Virus record (IMG/VR): IMGVR_UViG_3300032138_000009
Coordinates: 17,209 to 81,208 of that record
From: a virus
Lineage: Duplodnaviria; Caudoviricetes
Length of the DNA stretch: 64,000 nt
Direction: 5' to 3' (one strand)
Under the pieces are notes generated by a model. It saw only the letters and a program-made list of their open reading frames with translations. It did no database searches and had not been told where the DNA came from. Made by a program: the position numbers and the translations under genes. Positions 57,206 to 64,000 of the stretch are shown in pieces. How positions within the stretch are numbered: the first letter of the stretch is position 1; the number at the start of each line of letters is the position of its first letter.

Positions 57206-57448
57206 TTACCAAAATCCTCTTGGGCTTCCTATAAATCTGTCAGCTTCCCAAAGCTCAACATCAATCTTATGACGGCTTACAGGATAACGTCTTATTCTTA
57301 TTGAATGGTTATCTGTGTCATATTCACGGTTATCTACTGCTCGACGCACTTCTTTAGCGTGTGCCTCGTCTTTACAGTCTATCCAATCAGGCATAACGTG
57401 ACCATCGGATAATCTAATTAAATGTGTTAATAGTTTTATTTTATACAT
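57206..57448 (-). CDS. Hypothetical protein
   Basis: GAGG SD after a cassette promoter. Confidence 0.55.
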   Translation of the reverse strand: MYKIKLLTHLIRLSDGHVMPDWIDCKDEAHAKEVRRAVDNREYDTDNHSIRIRRYPVSRHKIDVELWEADRFIGSPRGFW

Positions 57449-57640
57449 ATTTTCCTCTATATATAACGTAGCGAGAGAGTATATAAAGCTTTGTTTCTAA
57501 ATAGTATATAAACCTCCTCCTGCCTTATATACCCTCCTTTAGGTTCCGCTCAACATTTTTGAAAATTGTTTGTGCTCAGATGGAATAAATTGAAATTTTA
57601 GGCCCCAAACCTTGAAACCGAAAGGTTTATATATGAATAC

Positions 57641-57716
57641 TGGCAGTCTGAGGGGGATTCGAACCCCCGTCCTTAGGTCGAAAGCCTAAGATGCTGGGCC
57701 ACTACACTATCAGACC
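57641..57716 (-). tRNA. trnE: tRNA-Glu (anticodon TTC), CCA encoded
   Basis: GGTCTGA/TCAGACT acceptor stem, TTAGG-CTTTCGA-CCTAA anticodon arm, GGGGG-TTCGAAT-CCCCC T-arm, 3' GCCA. Confidence 0.93.
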
Positions 57717-58074
57717 AGTATAATAAGGTTGTTGGCTGGGGTGCTCCAGAACCCCTCACACTAACCACAGGTTTCCAACTGCGTGCCTCCGGTGGGCCCA
57801 AGTCAAATACACCCTAGACACGCGTGCCTCTTGATATATTTGCTTTTTTGTGCTTCGCTCTCCGTTGTCAAACGGCCAACGTTATTTTTCTTCGGATTAT
57901 ACCCGAATATTTAAAACGACTAGAAAGTTTCACACCTGAAGGGTAAGATTCTAGAAGTCTATCCTTCGTGTTCTTTGACTAGATGTTAGAAAATTAATAG
58001 AATGTGACTAAAAAATAGTATACATTACTTAATATATAAATGCTCATTGCTAAGCTAAAAATGATTAAATCCAT

Positions 58075-58218
58075 TTAAATTTTACCTCCATTTATTTCCA
58101 TTATTTTTTCTGCGATTAATTGTTCCTGTATCGGCCTTTCTCCATTTTTAAAATAAGCCAATTCCATGCCTATGCATAGAAGGAAATCTGTCCAATTTAG
58201 TTGATTGTGTTCACTCAT
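58075..58218 (-). CDS. Small hypothetical protein (MSEHNQL...)
   Basis: GGAG SD after a cassette promoter; the track ORF is extended 5' through the promoter. Confidence 0.45.
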   Translation of the reverse strand: MSEHNQLNWTDFLLCIGMELAYFKNGERPIQEQLIAEKIMEINGGKI

Positions 58219-59266
58219 ATCTTTTACTCCTATTATTAACGTAGCGACAAAGTATATAAAGGTATGGGTCATTTTAGTATATAAGGGTCGAGGGGGTATA
58301 TATAGGGGCATATACGTCCCGCTCACCCTTTTTGGGGCGCCAAACCTTGGATAGAGGGGGGGGTATAGAGGGGTCGCCCCCCTATATGGGCGTGTGCTGT
58401 ATATGCTATATGCTTATGCGTATTGCCTTGATGCTATAGACATTACGACTAATACATCTGACAAATATGTTTGATATGAATCCATTGTTTTACCTCTAAT
58501 ATACCATAGCGAGCGAGCATATAAAGGTATGGTTGAAGTGGGAACCGGGGTTGAAAATGAGTGCCACCCCCTCCAAACCTTGGGACTTTTTTAAAAAAAA
58601 TGGGGAGGGGGGGATTTATTTTTTTAAATCCTTTGCTTGAAAGATGAAATTTTTTGCATCGTATTCTTCGATTCTTTTTTTATCTTTTTTAATTTGTTTA
58701 TCCAAAAGGTCTTCGATTTTTTTTAGTCCCTCGAGGGTCATGGATACTGTGCCCACTTCCTTTAATAACATGTTTAACCCCTGTTCCATGTTGAATTACG
58801 GGTCGGGGTGTCCATGCGGGATGTCTGTGCCCATATGTGCTGTGCCACTGTGCGGGCTATTACTGCCTTGTTGTGGTTATCTACTTGCTGTTGTGTTATT
58901 GTGGTGTTCATTTCTTTTACCTCTATATTACACATGGCGTGCAAGTATATAAGCTTATGGGTTAAACAAGTATATAAGCTACCTCTATGTTTATATACTA
59001 AGATATAGAAACCGGTCATCATTTATGCATCTCTTTTGTCTCTTCTCTGAAAACACCCCCCGTCTAAAAAATCAAGGCCCCCACCACGCCACAACGAGGG
59101 GTAGGGGTTCAAACAAATCGAGCTAAATTTTGAAACCTATATAAAGCAATACTAGTGGTTATACTATATCTATATAGGGTCTTTATTAAGCTCTATAAAT
59201 CACACCAACAACAACCTTTAAATATACCCAGCGTATTACCACTACAGTACTCAAAATGGAGAAACG

Positions 59267-59509
59267 ATGAACGAAAAAAAGCAAGCAGAAACAGAGACCC
59301 CCTGTGGTCAAGATTGTGAATGCGATGTAGAGCCTGATGGCTTTCATGGCAAGTCATACGCAGCCTTTTTGGCTGATACAGAGAAGTGTCAATGTAAGGA
59401 AGTAAAGACTTACGGCATGGTATGTGTAACGTGTGGGAAACCCTACGAAATGAAAACAATATTTACAGTGAACGGTAGTGCGGGAGAATGGAACAATGAC
59501 AGAAAGTGA
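59267..59509 (+). CDS. Cys-rich small protein
   Basis: CGQDCEC, CQC, CVTCG. Confidence 0.55.
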   Translation: MNEKKQAETETPCGQDCECDVEPDGFHGKSYAAFLADTEKCQCKEVKTYGMVCVTCGKPYEMKTIFTVNGSAGEWNNDRK

Positions 59510-60482
59510 GGATGGCGTGACATGGGAACCCAGTCATATGCGGTTATCGCCTTCTAAGATAAACACTTACATGAAGTGCCCCCGCGAATTTTACTACAAG
59601 TATATCGCTAAGATACCTGAGAAGAAAACAATTCATTTATTCCGTGGAACCTTAGTGCACCAAGTTTTAGAAGACCTTTTCAAGAAGAAATTCAAATCCC
59701 TGTCAGTATGGGAAAAGGGAGCCCCAGAACAATGGGTCCAAGAAGAGTTCGAAAAAGGTTGGGAAGACAAGGTAGCCAAACATAAATGGTTGTGGGAAAT
59801 ACACACCAAGGAAGAGATGGATAATATGTATCTCGAGACTGAAGATATACTCCAGAATTTTGTAAAGAGTGTTAACAAGAAGTTGACTGAGATGGTTAAG
59901 TGGAAGATATATAAAAACAAATATCAGGCTTGGAACTCAGTAGCTCCGAAGTATGCTGAGAAGTGGGTTAAGTCTAAAGACTACGCAGTAATAGGCATTG
60001 TTGATGCAGTGTGTAATGATTTCGATGGTGGTACAACTTTGCTGGACTACAAGACCAGTAAGCGCTATGGTGCATACCTCCCAGAGGATTATTATCGCCA
60101 GCTGATTATCTATGCATTCTTGTACACATTAGAGATGGGCGAAATGCCGAAATTTGTGGGCGTTAATTACCTTCGCTTTGATGATACCTTCTTTGTGAAA
60201 GTTACACAGAGCGTGCTTGATGAAGCCAAGGACTTAATTAAGATGGTACACAATTGTTTAAAAGAGCGTGAGGAATATGAGGAACGCTATGAACAAATTC
60301 CCCAAAATCTCTGTAAGTGGTGTTCGTTTAATAAACAACACAACGGTGGACCATGTGATGTAGAGATACCTAAGTGGAAGCCTAAATACAAGAAAAGTAA
60401 AGAGACATACGCAGACATTGATACGAAAGCGAAAGGACTAATACAACTTGATGCACAGACCCAATTTCCAGAGTTTGACTAA
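59496..60482 (+). CDS. Cas4/AddB-like PD-(D/E)XK exonuclease with Fe-S cysteines
   Basis: LSPSKINTYMKCP; GTLVH; GIVD; LDYKTS; QL.IYA; CKWC..C. Confidence 0.88.
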   Translation: MTESEDGVTWEPSHMRLSPSKINTYMKCPREFYYKYIAKIPEKKTIHLFRGTLVHQVLEDLFKKKFKSLSVWEKGAPEQWVQEEFEKGWEDKVAKHKWLWEIHTKEEMDNMYLETEDILQNFVKSVNKKLTEMVKWKIYKNKYQAWNSVAPKYAEKWVKSKDYAVIGIVDAVCNDFDGGTTLLDYKTSKRYGAYLPEDYYRQLIIYAFLYTLEMGEMPKFVGVNYLRFDDTFFVKVTQSVLDEAKDLIKMVHNCLKEREEYEERYEQIPQNLCKWCSFNKQHNGGPCDVEIPKWKPKYKKSKETYADIDTKAKGLIQLDAQTQFPEFD

Positions 60483-60520
60483 GAGTAATCTTTATATATA
60501 TCCTCTGTATAGAAATATAC

Positions 60521-61483
60521 ATGGCGCGCGATGATTATGGTGCTATCAATGTTATATCTGAGGAAGAAAGAGAGATTCTCGGCATTGGTGGGGCTAAAAG
60601 ACCTGACGATGACGATGAGGAGAAGTTATTCGAGACTATTGGCAAAGCTGCTGATAAGATAGGAGAAACGAAAGTGGGTAAAAAGATAGGAACTATAATC
60701 ACTATAATTTTATTAGCGCTTCTTAGTGGGGGGGCCAACATGTCTATTATTCATGATTATATGAATGGAGATGATGATGGCCCACTCGGGGGCTGTCTAC
60801 AACACGACGCTACAAATTACAATCCAGATGCCACCTTTGATGATGGCAGCTGTAACTTTTTAATCATAGTGTATGGTTGTACTAATTCTCAAGCTGAAAA
60901 TTATCAACCCAATGCTACGCATGATGATGGACGTTGTGTAGTTATAAATGACAACCCTAATGGTACTAATGGTTCTAACGAAACTGCGGCCATATATGGT
61001 TGTACAGACACAGAAGCTAATAATTATGATGATAAAGCTACGGAAGATGATGGTTCATGCGATTACGAAGATGAATATGAAGAAGAACATGGTAACCATA
61101 CCTCTGTGCATTTCTATCCCGGTTGGTATAACGAAGAGACAGATAATATGTCTGTTTTCTGGGTAGACCCCAATGCTGATGGTATATCCGTATTAACAGA
61201 TATAGATACGGATTGTTTTGATTATAGTACTTCTGTATTAGTTTATGTAGACGTATGGCACGAAGAGTCTGGTAATTATAACTGGACAGATTTATATTTA
61301 ACAGTCAATGGTGAAGATTGGGATTATCACTGGCTTAACTTTACTTTCGAAGAACTTAACGAAACAGAAGGTACGTGGTCCATGTGGGTAGCATTACTCG
61401 TATGGGACGAGGAGTTAGAAGATTATACATATCAACAACAGTTTGATATTCCAATGATAAGAGTGGAGGCAACAGATGAGTAA
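60521..61483 (+). CDS. Membrane-anchored protein with three GC...A.NY...AT.DDG.C repeats
   Basis: TM segment IGTIITIILLALL; repeats of a type common in marine MG-II and Bacteroidota surface proteins. Confidence 0.75.
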   Translation: MARDDYGAINVISEEEREILGIGGAKRPDDDDEEKLFETIGKAADKIGETKVGKKIGTIITIILLALLSGGANMSIIHDYMNGDDDGPLGGCLQHDATNYNPDATFDDGSCNFLIIVYGCTNSQAENYQPNATHDDGRCVVINDNPNGTNGSNETAAIYGCTDTEANNYDDKATEDDGSCDYEDEYEEEHGNHTSVHFYPGWYNEETDNMSVFWVDPNADGISVLTDIDTDCFDYSTSVLVYVDVWHEESGNYNWTDLYLTVNGEDWDYHWLNFTFEELNETEGTWSMWVALLVWDEELEDYTYQQQFDIPMIRVEATDE

Positions 61484-61799
61484 TCATAAAAAAGACGCAG
61501 CAAACCCTGACGGGAATTTCGCTAACTTCATGATGATGTTAGTAGCAGCACCTGTCGTAATGGCATGGGTAGGACTATCTATATTCTTAGTAACGATGGC
61601 ATTCCGTCATCCAGAGATAGTAGAAGATATAGAATCTTATAAGTCAGTACTACTAATCATAGGGTCACCTGCATTAGTTATTATATATAAGGTATTAGAG
61701 TTATGGACTGCTCAACAGAACAGTCAGATAGAACAAACAAGAAAAGGTACTTTCCGTAATGGAGATGACCATGAACACGAAGAGGAAATAAAAAAATGA
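61476..61799 (+). CDS. Two-TM membrane protein (holin-like candidate)
   Basis: Two hydrophobic segments and a charged C-terminus. Confidence 0.6.
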   Translation: MSNHKKDAANPDGNFANFMMMLVAAPVVMAWVGLSIFLVTMAFRHPEIVEDIESYKSVLLIIGSPALVIIYKVLELWTAQQNSQIEQTRKGTFRNGDDHEHEEEIKK

Positions 61800-61972
61800 A
61801 CGACTACGAAGGAGAAATAGTTCTGCAAGATATAGAGAAGATGAAGGCACAGATAAGCGGGCTTGAAGTTAAGATAGCAGCTCTAGGAGTCTTAGCATCA
61901 TATATCCCTGAGGATGTAACAAATAAACACATCCCTAAAGGATGTTGCAGAGAAAAAGAAGAGGAAGAATAA
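61796..61972 (+). CDS. Small coiled-coil protein (58 aa)
   Basis: ATGA coupling. Confidence 0.5.
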   Translation: MNDYEGEIVLQDIEKMKAQISGLEVKIAALGVLASYIPEDVTNKHIPKGCCREKEEEE

Positions 61973-61974
61973 GC

Positions 61975-62097
61975 ATGGCTTATAAAAGAGGGAAGCTTAA
62001 AAAGAATGGTGTTCCCCGTAAAAAGCCCTCAAAGCGTAAAACTAAGAAGGGTGAATATAGGGACGGTAAAGGTAAGCTTCAAAAAAAGAGGAAATAA
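61975..62097 (+). CDS. Very basic micro-protein (40 aa)
   Basis: MAYKRGKLKK...KKRK; fills the gap between ORFs. Confidence 0.5.
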   Translation: MAYKRGKLKKNGVPRKKPSKRKTKKGEYRDGKGKLQKKRK

Positions 62098-62099
62098 AG

Positions 62100-62351
62100 A
62101 TGGCAGAAAATCAAAATAAGAAATACAATATTGATAAAACTCTTACAATGAGAAAAAGTGGTTCTGGAGAGAAAGTTTTTAGTCACGTAGGTGGCAAGAC
62201 ACATGCTTTAGAAAAACACCCTATAAGTAAGGAAACAGCTTTACATCAAATTAGAGATGTAACTGAATCTGAGATAGCTAGTAGGGAACATCATAAACAT
62301 CACATTGGAAAGAGACAACACAGTAAGACTCCCCACGGAGACCACACATAG
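62100..62351 (+). CDS. Basic His-rich protein
   Basis: EHHKHHIGKRQHSKTPHGDH. Confidence 0.55.
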   Translation: MAENQNKKYNIDKTLTMRKSGSGEKVFSHVGGKTHALEKHPISKETALHQIRDVTESEIASREHHKHHIGKRQHSKTPHGDHT

Positions 62352-62359
62352 GAGAAACT

Positions 62360-62545
62360 ATGACAGAAGAAGAAGAAACTAAAGAAACATGTTGCGACTG
62401 TTGTTGCACTAAAACAATTTTAGCTAAAATAGATAAACAGAATTTTATAAATATGAATTATCAAAATGAGAATGATAATGGATTTAATTCTACTCTATCT
62501 AAGCTAAATGATATACTCGAACTGCTACAGAAAAGCGATAAGTAA
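62360..62545 (+). CDS. Small protein with a CCDCCC motif
   Basis: GGAG SD; TAATG coupling. Confidence 0.5.
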   Translation: MTEEEETKETCCDCCCTKTILAKIDKQNFINMNYQNENDNGFNSTLSKLNDILELLQKSDK

Positions 62546-62814
62546 TGGCACCACGCAAGAAAACAGCAGCTAAGAAGAAACAAGCAGCCGCCCGTAAAAA
62601 GAAGGGTGGTTCTAATGTAGGAAAGTATAAGAAGGGTATAGCATTTGCTGGACCTTCTGGAGGCGCGCCAGCCGGAAGCTTTCCTATTAACACGCGTAAG
62701 AGAGCTAAGTCAGCTCTCAAGTTAGCCCACAATGCTCCACGTCCCGCAGGGATAAGAGCAGCAGTTTATAGAAAATACCCCTCATTGAAGCCTAAGAAGA
62801 AGGGTAAGAAGTAA
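62545..62814 (+). CDS. Basic protein (89 aa), possible DNA-condensing/core protein
   Basis: K/R/A-rich; FPINTRKRAKSAL motif. Confidence 0.6.
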   Translation: MAPRKKTAAKKKQAAARKKKGGSNVGKYKKGIAFAGPSGGAPAGSFPINTRKRAKSALKLAHNAPRPAGIRAAVYRKYPSLKPKKKGKK

Positions 62815-62915
62815 ACTTTATATAGGTAGAGTTTCTATCTGTTTATTGGGCTCTCATCACAGGGCCACGGCTCCACAGGATACTTTACGCAAGTGCCACC
62901 GTGGGAGCCCCAAAC

Positions 62916-63392
62916 ATGGAGACAAACATGGTAAACAACACAACAAACGAAACAGCAACTAACGAGACCGCTGAGAATACGAATATGACCAACGGTAACG
63001 TTACTGCGGATGAAGTAAGCGAATCTGGAATGTTAGATGGTATACTGGATGCATTAGTAGACTCACCCGAGCTTATGCTCGCGCTTGGAGTCATAGGAGC
63101 ACTTGTTGCTTATATTGCATACACTCAACCAACTGTAAAAGCGTTAATATACAAATTTGGAGGTTCTTATCTAAAGAACCACGAAGCTGAGATAACGAAG
63201 TTATTGGATGTACATTTAACGACAGCCCAGTTGAAAGCTTACGAGAAGCTAGATGAAGTAGCTCAAAAGCATGTAAAAGATGCAATGCTCAGAAATGTAA
63301 TACTGTCTGTATGGGACCAGAACGATGATAAATTCGTTGCCGCGGTCAAAGCAGAAACAAAGGAAGCTTTAGCTAGCGCTAAGACTCTTTGA
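62916..63392 (+). CDS. Single-TM membrane protein with an N/T/E-rich N-terminus
   Basis: ATG 62916; LMLALGVIGALVAYIAY. Confidence 0.65.
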   Translation: METNMVNNTTNETATNETAENTNMTNGNVTADEVSESGMLDGILDALVDSPELMLALGVIGALVAYIAYTQPTVKALIYKFGGSYLKNHEAEITKLLDVHLTTAQLKAYEKLDEVAQKHVKDAMLRNVILSVWDQNDDKFVAAVKAETKEALASAKTL

Positions 63393-63733
63393 ACGAACAC
63401 GAGTACGAGCAGCGGTTAAGCCAGCGGGTAGGAGAAGGAGAATATGAACGTCATAAAGAACTTGTACGCCTGTTGGCTCGCAATCTTGCTCTTGAAGATA
63501 TTTTGTGGGAAGAAATTTCTCTACATATTCGGGATGTTAACTTACGAACAGAGCTCTTGCGCCAAAGAAATTCAATCGTTCGTGACATACATACGGAATT
63601 CAGAGCATTAAATATAGAGATTCCAACTATTGTCGAACAGAAGACAGAAGGATTTGCTAAATTTTTGGAGGACTTAGGTGAGCCAAGCGATAAAGAACGA
63701 GGGAAAGAAACTACAGACAGCACTGACAGGTAA
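63389..63733 (+). CDS. Terminase small subunit candidate
   Basis: Helical 114 aa protein directly upstream of and overlapping TerL. Confidence 0.55.
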   Translation: MNEHEYEQRLSQRVGEGEYERHKELVRLLARNLALEDILWEEISLHIRDVNLRTELLRQRNSIVRDIHTEFRALNIEIPTIVEQKTEGFAKFLEDLGEPSDKERGKETTDSTDR

Positions 63734-64000
63734 GAACGTATATGATACACGTTCTCTTGAAGAATTATTTGAATCTGTAAGAAACGACGAATCTAAAATG
63801 AAGATGCTCGTAAGAGCGTTTTGTGAGTCTTATTTAATAGACAATAAACAAAGACCATTAAAATTAAGACCCCTACAAGAAGCTATTATAGTTAAGTCAT
63901 TAACTCACCCTAAAGATATGAGGCAACGTAAATTAGCAATATTAGCTCCACGAGGGTGTGGTAAATCATACGCTCTCTCTGTAGCGGTTGTTATATATAT
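63678..64000 (+). CDS. terL: Terminase large subunit, N-terminal part (runs off the window)
   Basis: GGAGG SD and GTG at 63678; LRPLQEAII (Q motif); LAILAPRGCGKS Walker A. Confidence 0.8.
   Translation, partial: MSQAIKNEGKKLQTALTGKNVYDTRSLEELFESVRNDESKMKMLVRAFCESYLIDNKQRPLKLRPLQEAIIVKSLTHPKDMRQRKLAILAPRGCGKSYALSVAVVIY

Larger units (their letters stand above)
56120..59010 (-). repeat. Dispersed copies of the ~110-bp promoter cassette, each preceding small ORFs
   Basis: Copies at ~56120-56223, 56683-56796, 57470-57615, 58240-58350, 58505-58583 (partial), 58930-59015 (variant). Confidence 0.75.

Noticed and set aside
57721-57835. Second tRNA next to tRNA-Glu
   Set aside because: No TTCGA T-loop or cloverleaf could be built.
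54377-59015. Cassette repeats as a CRISPR array
   Set aside because: Copies are imperfect, hundreds of bp apart and separated by ORFs; their content is promoter-like.
59496-60482. Cas4-like nuclease as part of a CRISPR system
   Set aside because: No other cas genes and no repeat-spacer array; solo Cas4-like exonucleases are common in archaeal viruses.

Overview
This window looks like a large piece of a tailed dsDNA archaeal virus genome, most consistent with a marine Euryarchaeota (MG-II/Poseidoniales, 'magrovirus'-like) siphovirus. The host assignment is an inference from an archaeal-type aIF-1A, an AEP primase fusion, PolB, BRE/TATA promoters and a Cys-repeat membrane protein. Layout: (i) 1-27.4 kb, + strand: tail fibres, head-tail joining genes, two paralogous tail tubes, tail chaperones with a -1 slippery site, tape measure and tail-tip proteins. 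(ii) 27.4-59.0 kb, - strand: class II RNR, primase, glycosyltransferase, PolB, MazG, aIF-1A, MCM-like ATPase, SSB-like protein, Hsp20, resolvase, ATP-dependent ligase, MoxR/vWA pair, minimal PolX, many zinc-finger micro-ORFs, tRNA-Glu and an early region with a repeated promoter cassette. (iii) 59.3-64 kb, + strand: Cas4-like nuclease, membrane and basic proteins, and terminase, with TerL running off the end. The most striking unexplained signals are non-coding: a ~470-nt nested-helix RNA candidate at 46.0-46.5 kb followed by an SD plus 17-codon ORF, other structured RNAs (56.2-56.4 kb; a switch-like leader at 62.85-62.92 kb), the repeated early cassette with a CCAA-N3-TTGG box, and an iteron-like cluster at 54 kb. 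All calls come from reading motifs by eye; no searches or folding programs were run.
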